From Eledone cirrhosa (taxonomy: Eukaryota): a stretch of 64,000 nt of DNA. The first letter of the stretch is position 1. Each line of letters opens with the position of its first letter. The translations under genes and the position numbers were made by a program. The notes under the pieces are model-generated. The model was not told where the DNA came from. It searched no databases and was given only the letters and a program-made list of their open reading frames with translations. The DNA is taken from the NCBI GenBank assembly GCA_964016885.1, contig OZ024746.1:90148001-90212000 (forward strand), given 5' to 3'. Shown piece after piece: positions 1 to 13,479 of this stretch.

Positions 1-725
1 GGATTAGTATCTTTGCATTTGTACGTGTGTTATATAGTTATAGAGGTATTTATTTACGCTTTAATTTATATTTTTAATTATCGTGTCTATAGTCTGCCTT
101 TCATAGGTTATAGATTCCATACACTGGTGGGTTTTTTCCACTGTTTTATTGATAGCGCACTGTATATCTCTCTCTGGTGTGTTACCTTTTCAACATATTG
201 TATTTTAAATAGCTCAGGATTTCTTCTCCTTTGAGCACATTATTTACAGGAATACGGAGGGCCTATACCTCCATTAATTTATCGTGATATTTTGCTCCTA
301 ATAACAGTCTTTCCTATCTCTGTTTGGTTGAGCACACTTCTCTGAGTGGCTTTGGGCTGCCCTTTCTAGCGGTTCGTCCCTCAGAGGCCATTGGTTCACT
401 GCCCTTAAACACGCTGTGATTTCCCTCTCCCACGTGTAGCTGGACAGTCACTTTTAAAATTATCTTAGTTTTGTCTGAAATGTATAGCCTTACACACGCT
501 GATGAACCGATGCTAACCCATTTCTTTCAATAAATTACTGGTGAAACATATCTTTGGATTAGTATCTTTGCATTTGTACGTGTGTTATATAGCTATAAAG
601 GTATTTATTTACGCTTTAATTTATATTTTTAATTATCGTGTCTATAGTCTGCCTTTCATAGGTTATAGATTCCATACACTGGTGTTTCCCTGTTTTATTG
701 ATAGCGCACTGTATATCTCTCTCTG
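1..725 (+). repeat. Partial tandem repeat (period ~555 bp) with an HHR-like core; probable PLE pseudo-LTR or retrozyme-like array, cut by the window start
   Basis: 1-~176 recurs at 556-~725 at high identity. CTGATGA (499-505), ACC...GGT and GAAAC (543-547) sit just before the junction, but stem I pairing is poor. A (TA)n tract follows at ~749-837. Confidence 0.6.
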
Positions 726-744
726 ATATATCTCTCTTTTGAAC

Positions 745-839
<95 letters not shown>

Positions 840-3800
840 GGAGTTTTGATGCGACAACAATCTTTCAAATTATTATCATAGCTGGTTGAATAAATATAGT
901 TTCTAAACACGTTGCCTAGATATTTTAATAACTGCTGAATGCAGTGTCTCTTTATCCCATATTGTGCCCTGAAATATACTGGGGAGACTCTAAATATAGA
1001 AAAGCAATCGCTATGTGTGTAATTATTAATTCAACGTATATTGTTCGCTATTCTATTTTATGTTGCTCAGATTGAGTTGTCACTGCAAATGTACAATGTG
1101 CCTTCACTTATTTTCAATTTTGTTCTGTTATGAAACAACAACTCATCGGATGCATTATTCATATAATAAAAAAAGAACAGTTCATTTGTTTGTTATGGCC
1201 TTATAATCTACATAATAGTCAAATGAAAAGTAAATACAAATAGTTCTTGCCTTTATAAACAAGTATTCATTTCTTGTATATACTAGTACAATTGCCTCAC
1301 TATAAATGTTGTACTAGAACCGGGATAGCTATCACATGATCAGAGCTTAAAACCTATGGAAGAACTTCTATGTTCATGCTGCAAGAACATAATGTATATA
1401 CCTTTATATGACCACCGCTTAAAATATATATAGCGAGAGTTTTGTGTACTTAATATAAAGTAACTTATTGTAGTTGCCTTTAGAGATACCTATATTGTAA
1501 GAGGACATCTGTAACTGTATTATAATACGGTTTTACTTTGAGGCAGCGTTGATTCCGTTGTGAGATAGATCTCAATGAAAGTTTAAGATTTTATTTTTTT
1601 TAATACACGAAAAATAATTTTAAAATCGCGGTAAATTTGAATATATGAATAATAAGATTTTCTCGAATTGTAAAATCTCCATCCATAATAGAAAGGCGAA
1701 GGTCTATTTTATAGCTTCAACGTAATACTAACAGTATTTCACAGACGAAGACTGAGTATTACACACAAGAAGATAACTTAATACGATTTCATTATCAAAT
1801 GGTTTAATGTCAGATACTGGTCTTCGGGCGGTGTGCACCTCGAGGTTTCAAGATATATTTTCTATGTTTTTTCTTATGCTCTTTGAATTACAGTAAATCT
1901 TCCACATATCTTTGCAAATTAACACCAACATAAATGATACATTTTTGTCACTGAGGTATGAGTAGCTTACTGTCAGCTGATATAGATATAGCTTACTTTC
2001 AGAAATGCTTTTAAAACAATCTGTAAAATTCACGTTCATGATGCACTATCATGTTAACTATCATGTTAACCCAAAGCAATTTGTTTGACATTTCAAATTT
2101 TATAAAAATCATAAGTAATATTTACATGATTACTGCTTTTGGAAAACTAATATGTAAATGTAATAACAAAAATAACACCAGGATATAACATATGTATTTC
2201 TTGAAATTAGAAGTAATTCGTCTAAACTTATACAGAATATTTCCAGAAAATACTAATCGTATTAATGAAAATGTATATTATCGGCAGAATTAAAAATTGA
2301 TTAAATTCGTTAGGTTAATATATACTGGGGAATTCACAAACTGCTCACCAAGACTTTTTCAACTATTTTGATTAGATCTTTGGGTTTGCCATACACACAA
2401 ATGCAATAAATTATGAAATGAAACATTCTGTTACTATTTTCTAAAGACAGATTGAAGGAATATCTCAATGTTTGGGACAACGTTTACGTGGAAGAATTTA
2501 TTAATACAAGAATGTAACAGAATATGTAACCATACCCGTATTACATTCTATATAAACTAGGGAGAATTTAACAAATAAAAATAATTTAATTTAAGGTTTG
2601 CTTGTAACAAAATAAGAGAAATTTCGTAATATTTATGCGAACACAAATGACAAACATTCGAATAGAAACATTAGATTGATAAGAAACTGTCCATCGATCA
2701 AATAACTCTGCAGAATCTTCAGCAACGTATATTCGAAACAAGTATAGGGCTCTTAGCAATATACCTTCGATTTCCCCAAAATATATCATAGTATGAATAT
2801 TTGGTCGGTTGTGCCGTGAGGGAGGCATAAACCACACTGTTCGTCAAATACATTGCATTCTACAATATCCCTATATCAATTTGAGAGAAACGTATATTAC
2901 ACTCAACCGGGAATATGTAACAAATATATCCCTCTAATATTTGAGCTTTTGCAATTGTCTCTCCTTTTAAAAAAAGGGATTTTCAAGGTCGATTCAGATT
3001 GCTTAGATATCAGATATCCTGACCACTGCACATTCCCGAATCAACCAGATAATACATTTTGCGTCAGATTTATCTTCCCCATGATCTTTGACACATTTAA
3101 TATATTAATTTTATTCTGTGACCTCATTCTCTGAGAGATTAATAATCATTCACAGATGCTCCTTGTTTACATCAGAAGATGTTTGTGTGACATGGTTTAA
3201 AAGATCAGCATATTATTTTCTTCATCTCGCGAGGATGCACTTCTGTGATGGGAAGAGAAGTCAAAACGTATTCTTGGTAAGAAGCGTGGAGGAGGGCATC
3301 ATTTTACAAAGCTGGAGGATTATTCGACAAAATTATGTTAGATTCTTTTAAAACGTCCTGCTTGTTTTCTCTATCAATACATTTTTGCATTTATTGTAAA
3401 ACTTTTGAAGTTATCAGTTAAGACATAAAAAGAAGATTTCCATGATCTATCATGTAAACAATTTGTATGTGCCATAAGCATATATTACGATCTACACAGG
3501 CATTGTATTAAAGTGGCTGATGGTGTTCATAGCAGATGACATGAAGTTAAATGGTAGTAAATTAGTATCTGAGGGCTGAACTTGAGAGAAGGACACACAT
3601 TAGATTCTGGTCATCACTAAATATCTAATTGTTAGTGCTGCAGATTTTTTTTTACTTTTGCACACAATCTATTTCAAATACGAAATTTTTCGTTTAAACA
3701 CAACATATGATAAATTACCAACAGTCTTAAAATGCATGACTCAGAAACGTAAGTCGGTATACAGTCCTGATTTTGCAAATGAATACAGACCTTCATCTTT

Positions 3801-5351
3801 TTTGCGGCATTCTTTATAGCCATTGATATATAAATATACCACCACATTTTCTATATTCTGTTTATGGAATGGATGCTATAGGTTGTCTCATGAAAATATT
3901 CTGAATGCCCATCATTTACAGAATGTTAAAATCACAGTTAACTTATTTCTTTGGAACAATGAGAAAATATACATCTTTAATTGCATAGAATCACTTAAGA
4001 GTATGCTTTTCTTCAATTTCCTAAGTGTAAGTTAAAAATGTGCCGTATTTATTGAAAAAAATAATTGCTTTGTGATGTTTTTGAAGTGGCTCCATTTATG
4101 AGATATCATTTTGGAATATACGTCGAAGAATACGTTACATGTCGATATATGTAACTGTGTTACGTATGTAGATATTTCCATTTCTCGCATAAATATATTC
4201 CGATTTATACACCAAATTTTTTTTTATGTTTTACTTTACTATGTTTCAATTTCTATAACATAATACCTATTTTTTAGTTGTATCAAAAATGTATATAATA
4301 TATTATCCGTATTAAGACATAATTCAATGCTCAAAGAAGAGATACCTACACTGTATAAAGAAAAAGAAGAAACAGAACGTTGATGGTATAAACAGAATTC
4401 CACCACGTCAAAGAAGAGATTAGAAAAATAATAAATTATAATTTACCTCCTTCTCTAAATGTTTTGAAACATTTACACATGTGCTGCTTGGAATATATAC
4501 CAGATAAGAAGAAAGAAATATTTATTTTGCATTTAATATATACGTATTTACTTTGCAGTTAAAATATCCTATGCAAATCAATCTTATACACACTTATAAA
4601 ATAGGCCGAATTGAATGCCAAAATTATTTCATTAAATATGCAACAAATGTAAGGATGCTCGAAGCATTGTAAGAGACATTAAATATTTCCATATATTCTT
4701 CAGGTTTTCTGATGCCTAAGCTACGATATATTTTTAGTAACAATATATGATGCTAATGTAAGAGAAATAGAGTAAGTTTGTTCCTGCTTCATCACCTGAT
4801 ATAGAATGTAAATTATGGATCATTTCTCCCTATATTGATACACTATTTATGTTGTTGTTCATGGAGTAATTGCTTGGGAATAACCACGTTATCATCACCG
4901 TCCTTAATAGCATTTAAAATATATTGTTTTTATAGCAGATTAACTGGTTTTAAACTATTTTATTTCATTGAGCAACGCGAATGCTACCATATTGTGTTTG
5001 CACGCAATATACAGTATTTAATAACAAAAAAATATTACATAATGTTCATGTATTCATCTGTATTTTACATGAGGTATTTAATAATTATAGAAAAAAGGTT
5101 ATTTGAATATTTGTATAATATATCTATATCATCCACTCCCATACCATGTCTGCATGTTTGTGCTATGTGTCAAGAAACATGTTAGAATTCCATAATAATC
5201 ATACTCACAAGGCTTGTTTATCAGGTTCTTCCATATTAATATAACGACTTGTTGAGTCAAACTTAGCCATGCTTTGATATCATCCACTACTCGGAGTACC
5301 CTAACTGGACTACACACAAGTGGACTACATATGACAATAATCTGTTATCCC

Positions 5352-5391
<40 letters not shown>

Positions 5392-6582
5392 TAATAGACG
5401 TTTGCCGTATTTTTGATTTTGACTGAGTAAATTAGCCTAATAGTTGGAGTAATAAAAATCCCCAGACTGGAAAAAGGATGAGCACTGACGTACATGGGAC
5501 ACATACCCACATCTTTGGCTATGATGACCACCAATGCTTAGCTCACCAAATGTCCAATCAATGTGAAGCTATATATATTGACATGAATGATTCGTTCCTT
5601 AACTAATACATTCTGACTTAATAGTATTTTAATGAGGTTATATTAGGTTTGTGTGCATTTAATTAAGAAGGGATATATTTGGATTAATGGATATTGGTCT
5701 GAATGAATTTATTTTTTCGGAATATTTGAAGAAAATTTCTGTAATCAGTATGAAGTTATAAATAAATATGAATAAATTAATATTCCCAAGTATTTTGAAA
5801 TGAATAAATATATAATTAAGGAGAAACCAAATGTTACCTGAATGAATATAGTCCTTTCTATTATCACAAATTAATGTTGTATTAACTTACGTAAGAATGA
5901 CTTTTCAGTTGCATGAATCAGAAATTCCCTGCCAAACTTAATTAACTTTCATTATGGAAAATCACAATTGTTGAACATTAATATGCTTAAAATTCTTAAA
6001 ATTGCTTGTCTTCCAAAGCTTGTTTCATTTTAATGAATATTTATAATTTTATTTAGATTACTCGTGACTATTTTAATGAAATGTGTTAATGACTTTGAAG
6101 TACATTCACATATGGACGATTAAAAAATGCACATGGATTCCAACAGGAATAGAAAAGGAAGATTGTGTTTGTTTTGTTCATATTGTTGGTTTAAGACTGT
6201 CGATTATATCTAGTTAATATATATTATCGTTTCACTAAAAAGGAATAAATATAACAACTTAAGAAACATTCCATTCATTCCGGGAAACATTCAGGATATG
6301 ACTGTTGGACGTTCCATGGTTTGCACCACCATTGTCTGTTCCTTTTATTGGATTCCAAAGGTACATTGGACAAGAGGGGCTTTGAAATCAGGGCACGGAC
6401 TAAAATCAATCGGTCGAATATTTACTGTTAAATAATTACAAGTGGAGTTAGATGTGCATCGACAATTTTCGGAGAGATTTTATGCAGACGTGTATTGGAA
6501 TTGGACAAAAATGTTATAATTGAGTATTTATGAGAGTGTGTTATATAATGGATGAATTATATAAATAAACACATACACTCAC

Positions 6583-6721
6583 ATTCTAAATCTTGCACTG
6601 GACCGTTGCGTGCAGAACGGCTTCGGTGGACTGCGCGTAACTCGCACTATTCTGTATGACAGCACTTCCATGCATGTAGAGATTGTGGACTGGATAGGTC
6701 TACATTTGTAGCAGTGGAGAT
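6583..6721 (-). other. Candidate exon (139 nt) of an unidentified gene
   Basis: Minus-strand tttag|ATCTCC...AGAAT|gtgagt. Only one frame is open: (D)LHCYKCRPIQSTISTCMEVLSYRIVRVTRSPPKPFCTQRSSARFR. It lies in a locally GC-richer, non-repetitive island; the polypyrimidine tract is weak. Confidence 0.3.
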
Positions 6722-7625
6722 CTAAAGGTATTTTCCACTATTGATCTAATGAAAAACGTATATAAAAACAATCTAGATCGCAGATTGCAATCGCTCCGTG
6801 TCTACCTTTGCGCATTCGAGAAATCCTGTCCACACCAGTCAGAGAGTTCAAATCGTTTGGTTAATGTCTTGTGAATTGAGCCCCCACACTTCTATGGGCT
6901 ACTCTCGCGATCCGAGCTGCACCTGCAACTTTGAGCGAGTTTCTGCTTAACGTCATACATATCTGCTTGGGATCGTATAACATGCTCCCCTCGTGAACGG
7001 CCAACAATACTTTTCCGGCGTTCTTTCCAGGCCTCACATCAGACTATTTAAACACAGTCTCAGTGTGCATCTAAATCAACAATTTTATCGTCTCTGAATT
7101 ATTCCTAGACAAATATGTAAGCACCTGAAGAAATCAAGTCATCCTAAACCAGGTGGAGCACAGAGAGCCGGTTATATCTAGGAAAAAACAACTTACATTT
7201 TGCGCCCAAGAAAATGGTTCGTATCATGAGATCCAGGAATTTTATGAAGACCACAGTGAGTCCATCCCAGATCCCGGACGGCTTGGAGATGCCTACATGT
7301 TTTATACACATACACAAACATACACATACATACACAAACACGCACACGTATACGTATTAAACACACACACATATGTATATGTAATTATATACACACACAC
7401 ACACACATATACATATATATATATATATATGTATGTTGATTTAAAACTGCACTATCCACAAGTGTTCTTTAGCCTTCATATCATGTTCTCCTGTTTTATC
7501 TGATGAAAACACAAATATTATTGCATGATGATGTTTGTTTTTGAAATGCGCATAATAAAATACATGGAACTCCTTTAACCATCTTTTGATCTTATATTAT
7601 ATATATATATATATATATGTGGGGG

Positions 7626-7805
7626 ATTGGCAGTATCAGTAGAGGGGCGGACGCCATGCTTTCCAGCATAGTTACGTCCCTTTACGATCTGAGTTCAAAT
7701 CCCGCCGAGGTTGACTTTGCCTTTCATCCTTACGGGGTCGATAAAATAAAGTACCAGTAATGTACTGGGTAATTGCTGGCCTTGTGCCTAAAGTAGAAAC
7801 AATTA
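7626..7805 (+). mobile_element. tRNA-derived SINE, main family of the window
   Basis: A-box-like TGGCAGTATCAGTAG, B-box GAGTTCAAATCCC, body GACTTTGCCTTTCATCCTTACGGGGTCGATAAAATAAAGTACCAGT, AT-rich tail; multiple copies in the window. Confidence 0.85.
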
Positions 7806-8056
7806 TATATATATATATATATATATACATACACATACACATATATATATATACAAAAATATAAAAATATAAACGCACACACACACACACACACACACAC
7901 GCATATACGTAAACACACATATACATACATAGCTAAACAATTATACACATGCAAATACGTATATATCAAAAACACGCACAACCAAAAACAAATACACACA
8001 CACACACATACATAAAAAAATAATAAACACACACACACACATACATACATACATAC

Positions 8057-8088
<32 letters not shown>

Positions 8089-9033
8089 AAAAATATAAAA
8101 ATATGAACGCACACACACACACACACACACGCATATGCGTAAACACACATATACATGCATAGCTTAACAATTATACACATGCAAATAGGTATATATCAAA
8201 AACACGCACAACCAAAAACAAATACACACACACATATAAACACACACACACAACCACACACACACATGTATTTGTTTTTGGTTGTGCGTGTTTTTGATAT
8301 ATACGTATTTGCATGTGTATAATTCTTTAGCTATGCATGTATATGTGTGTTTACGTATATGCGTGTGTGTGTGTGTGTGCGTTTATATTTTTATATTTTT
8401 GTATATATATATATATATATATGTGTGTATATGTGTATGTGTATGTATATATATATATATATATATATATAGATATATATATATAGATATATATATATAT
8501 ATATATATATGTATATGTGTGTGTGTATATAATTACATATACATAAGTGTGTGCGTTTAATTCGTATACGTGTGCGTGTTTGTGTATGTATGTGTTTTTG
8601 TATTTGTTTATGTATATTTATGTATGAGAGTGTGTGTATGTGTTTACTATTTCGTGCGTATGTATACGTGCTTTTTTGTGTGTATTACTTACCAGGCGTG
8701 TCTGTCCTGTTAGCTGGGTCATGTATCGCTGTCAAAAATGTTTAAGATATATATATATATATATTTTTTTTTTCTTATATTTATTTGCGTGTGTGAATAT
8801 GTAGAGGAGTGCATTCATGTATGTGTATGTATGTACGTTTTGGATGCTTGTGTGAATGTATGTATGTGTATATATATGTGTGTGTGTATGGCTATGTTTG
8901 TGTATGTGTATGCTTGTACACACACATGTGTATGTGTGTGTATGTGTATGTATGTATATGTATATATATGTATATATATATATATATATGTACATATATA
9001 ATTGTGTGTGGATATGTGCGCGCGTGTGTGTGT

Positions 9034-9091
<58 letters not shown>

Positions 9092-9240
9092 GTGTGTGTA
9101 TATGTATTAATGTATGTATGTGTATATGTGTGTATATATGTGTTTGTGTAGGTAAGTGTACGTTTTATATATATGTGTATATGTATATATGTATGCGTAC
9201 ATATATATATCTATATATGTATGTGTGTGTAAGTATGCTT
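7806..9240. repeat. Compound (TA)/(CA)/(TG) microsatellite block with internal tandem duplication and inversion
   Basis: A ~140-bp unique-like segment at ~7850-7995 is repeated at ~8088-8228 and inverted at ~8268-8405. Confidence 0.8.
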
Positions 9241-9462
9241 TTTTTTTGGGGGGGGGGGGCGTGTTTGCATGCGTAGTTTGATTTTATTTCTCCTTTCCTT
9301 CTCCCTTCTCCAGCCTCACTTTCATATAGATTGCATTTTTGGTTTTGTAGTCCAAATTCAATAAACAAACCAGCTTTTTCCGTTCTGAGGATTGAAAGCA
9401 AAACCTTTTGCTTTTAAGAAACCACTGGTAAATGGAATAATTGCCTTATGTTGTTTATTACA

Positions 9463-9645
9463 TAATTGTTTCTACTGTAGGCACAAGGCCAGCAATTACC
9501 CAGTGCATTACTGGTACTTTGTTTTATCGACCCCGTAAGGATGAAAGGCAAAGTCAACCTCGGCGGGATTTGAACTCAGATCGTAAAGGGACGTAACTAT
9601 GCTGGAAAGCATGGCGTCCGACCCTCTACTGATACTGCCAATCCA
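9463..9645 (-). mobile_element. tRNA-derived SINE with target-site duplication
   Basis: Reverse complement of 7626-7805 with about 4 mismatches; flanked by the direct repeat TGTTGTTTATTAC (9449-9461 and 9650-9662). Confidence 0.9.
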
Positions 9646-9776
9646 CGCCTGTTGTTTATTACATAATAATAATAATTAAGCTCTGTTGCCTACATAGAAC
9701 ACTCTTTTTTCCTGGACTTTTCCGATGGAATTACTTCATTTATATATATATATATACATTTAAATTTAGATGGCCA

Positions 9777-9945
9777 GAACAATGCAGGTTTGGGGATAGA
9801 AAATAGATGTAGAAGATAGCGCAGACAATTAGTTTTTTACCTTACTTTAATCATATATCCTGATATTTCGGGATAATATCTCTTCGTCTGAGGAAAGTAA
9901 ATGTGTTATTCCAGTGTTCGAAGTGGGTTGCCAAGTCGTATATAT
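9777..9945 (-). mobile_element. Degenerate PLE pseudo-LTR fragment (family A)
   Basis: Similar to ~27810-27985; HHR core decayed to CAGACGA-AGAGATATTATCCC-GAAA. Confidence 0.6.
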
Positions 9946-9977
9946 ATTTATATTTATATATATATATATATATAATA

Positions 9978-10365
9978 TACAATATTAAATAAATGGAAAC
10001 TATATTTATAAAACCATATTTATTTCATTATATATATTTCAGGGATATCATATTAACAATATGCTATGCCTTCCTCAGACAAAATACAATATAAACAGTT
10101 TTATAGATAAATAGATTTGACATACCGTAACAACATCGACTTGTATTTGAAAAGTTGAATTGGCAGTCCAATTGGACTGCCAATTCAACTTTTCAAATAC
10201 AAGTCGATGTTGTTACGGTATGTCAAATCTATTTATCTATATAACTGTTTATATTGTATTTTGTCTGAGGAAGGCATAGCATATTGTTAATATGATATCC
10301 CTGAAATATATATAATGAAATAAATATGGTTTTATAAATATAGTTTCCATTTATTTAATATTGTA
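9978..10365. repeat. Spacerless 388-bp palindrome of an HHR-bearing PLE-type terminal repeat (family D)
   Basis: Two 194-bp arms centred on GTCCAA|TTGGAC (10171/10172), with one mismatch seen; the right arm continues into the element tail to ~10450. Confidence 0.92.
10259..10320 (+). ncRNA. Type I hammerhead ribozyme motif (mirror copy on minus strand ~10023-10084)
   Basis: TTTTGT-CTGAGGA-[AGG/CCT...CATATT/AATATG hairpin]-GAAA-TATATA-TA-ATGAAA; stem I has two G-U pairs and stem III is the palindrome ATATATAT. Confidence 0.7.
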
Positions 10366-10515
10366 AATATACTCCAAATACTTGTCGAGTGCTTTTATAT
10401 CAGTTATAAATATTTACTAGTTGTAACCCAACAATTTAAATATAACTTTCCATATATATATAATATATATATATATGTGTGTGTGTAAGTGTGTACTTAC
10501 ACATTTATATATAGA

Positions 10516-10562
<47 letters not shown>

Positions 10563-10904
10563 ATGTGGGTGTGTAAGGACATATGCCTATATATATATGT
10601 AATAATTAGGCAAATGCATTTATATCGACATTGATGTCATTTTCCCCTACGTAAAATGGACTATAATGATCTTTACAGCAATAACACTTCTAAGTATATA
10701 TAGATACAGTTTAAATGAAGGGTTACATGGAATCAAATTCAAATTGCGTATTGAAATATACTATATTTACATTACTTTAGATTCAACTCCCCATGTAAAA
10801 CTCACGCACCCGCTTAACGTTACCCTCCCTCCCCTGTGTTTATCTTTCAATATATAGATATTTTAGATACATATATGTGTATACATACATATATATATAT
10901 ATGG

Positions 10905-11199
<295 letters not shown>

Positions 11200-11414
11200 T
11201 AATAATAAATTTGAAGACTAAAATCCAAAGAGGGCTCGATAAGGATACATATATATAAAATATATAAGAACCGTAGAGCAAATAATTATTAATCTGTTAT
11301 TTTAATAAATATATATATATATATATAACGAAGGAAATGTGGTAAGGAACCAGGTGGACCATAACGCATCAAAGTACTCAATACTTAGGGTAGTAGAGTG
11401 GGGTCTTACTGGTT

Positions 11415-11454
<40 letters not shown>

Positions 11455-11482
11455 CATATTTATATATATATATATATATATG

Positions 11483-11711
11483 TAGTTTTGCGAGGTTTTT
11501 GATATGAAATCGTGTGTCGAAATAAATATTGTTATACTTAGGGAGGGTCATATTTGTGTAATATTATTGCCAGAATTAATAACAGAACACACTCACTGTT
11601 TGGATGCTTTTCGCTTCTGTGTCTTTTATATCGGTTAATTTAATTTATTCTGCCCTCAATGCGACCATTGACTGACCAACGGTGTAACATACAGTTGCAA
11701 TATAGACACAA

Positions 11712-11748
<37 letters not shown>

Positions 11749-13022
11749 AACAAAGTTCTTTCTTTGCATATCTGCAACATTCGTCAGTGGTGTTATTATG
11801 TTTCCACCTCCTGTTGTATTGTATGCCTACGCCATCTTTATTTAGTCTGTTTATTTATTTATTTATTTTGTTTGTCTTCTCTGCGCATGCGTGTGCGTGT
11901 GTGTATTGTGTTTGATGTGTGTTCGTGATTGGGTGTCTGTGTATTGGTTATTGCATTCTATCTTGTTTACTAGTGTGTGTTTATATGTGTTTGTTGTTAT
12001 TGTGCTTGTGTATGTATTTATTTATTTATTTATACCTCTCTTAGGTCAGTATTATTTGTCTGGGTGTTGTTGTTATTCCATTCATTTTTTTCTGTTTAAC
12101 CTTGGCCTTCTATGTTCTATTTCGCTGGCCTCTCTGATTTGCCTATCTGCTGGGCCATTTCTATGTTTATATATTATTCTAATTTCTATGTTGTCTATGT
12201 TACCTTCATGTTGTTGTCTGGCATGTTCGTATAGTACAGAACCGTTTTTTCGTCCTTTTATTTCCCCCCAGTGTTGGTCTATCCTTTCACCTATGCTACG
12301 AGCTGTCTCACTTATGTATGTTATTGTCATGTTTCTGCGAGTACCCTCTGTACATCTTATGCTATAGACTACGTTTCTAGTTTTACAGTTTATCCGGGGT
12401 TTTACTTTACGTATAATACATTTCTTATTAGTACAGTGTAGATAGGACTAGACATAAGATAGGAACAGCCACCTCATGGTACGACAACCTGATATATCAC
12501 AGTGTCATGTTTGTGGACGCTACCCCTGGAGTGAAATTAGCTAACCAGTGTAAAAGGCCGTGAGAAAGACCCACTTAAAGATTAAGGTGGTAGAAAAGCC
12601 TGGAACCACCATAAAATCCCTGATCAACAAAACCTACACTTTAAAAAAAAACCACTGCGCATGCGCAGAGACGACAGACGTAGGCGAGGCAAAGAAACAG
12701 AATAAATAAAGATGGCGTAGGCATATAATACAACAGGAGGAAACATAATAGCACCACTGATGCGGAACGAAAGAACATTGTTAGACTATATATATGTGTT
12801 TCTGTCGATATTGTATCTGTATGTTTGACCGTTGGTCAGTCAATGGTAACATTGAGGAACGAATAAATTAAATTAACCGATATAAAAGACACAGACGCGA
12901 AAACCAACCAAACAGTGAATATGTTCTGTTATTAATTCTGGCAATATTATTACACAAACATGACCCTCCCCAAGTATAACAATATTGTTTCGACACACGA
13001 TTTCATATCAAAATCCTCGCAA

Positions 13023-13025
<3 letters not shown>
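11483..13025. mobile_element. Neptune-like PLE (family B) with inverted terminal repeats; GIY-YIG on minus strand, linker fragment on plus strand
   Basis: Minus 12080-12445 reads LHCTNKKCIIRKVKPRINCKTRNVVYSIRC...YISETARSIGERIDQH...LYEHARQQH...DRQIREA...LNRK. Plus 12500-12660 reads SVMFVDATPG...LKIKVVEKPGTTIKSLI...KNHC. 11483-11890 is inverted relative to 12655-13025. Confidence 0.85.
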
Positions 13026-13093
<68 letters not shown>

Positions 13094-13096
13094 CAA

Positions 13097-13138
<42 letters not shown>

Positions 13139-13174
13139 TTGTATGTATATATATATATATATATATATACATAA

Positions 13175-13475
13175 ATTTGTTTTGCGAGGTTTTGTATATG
13201 AAATTGTGTGCCGAAACAAATATTGTTATAATTGGGGTCGGTCATATAGTTGTAACCATATTGCCAGAATTAATAACAGAACACACTCACTATTCGGTTC
13301 GTTTTCGCTTCTTTAACTTTTATATCAGTTAATTTATTTGGTCCTCAATGTTTACCATTGACTCACCAACGGTCAACAATACATATATAATATAGACACA
13401 CACACATACATATAGTCTAACAAAGTTCTTTCGTTGCACATCTGCAACATCGTCAGTGGTACTATTATGTTTCCT
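13175..13475 (-). mobile_element. PLE family B pseudo-LTR with HHR motif at 13414-13460
   Basis: Minus strand CCA-CTGACGA-T-GTTGCA(GATG)TGCAAC-GAAA-GAAC-TT-TG; aligns with 11483-11805. Confidence 0.75.
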
Positions 13476-13479
13476 ATAT

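Noticed and set aside
2586-5534. Several 60-116-aa ORFs in AT-rich unique DNA
   Set aside because: No recognisable motifs, consistent splice structure or codon signal; expected by chance.
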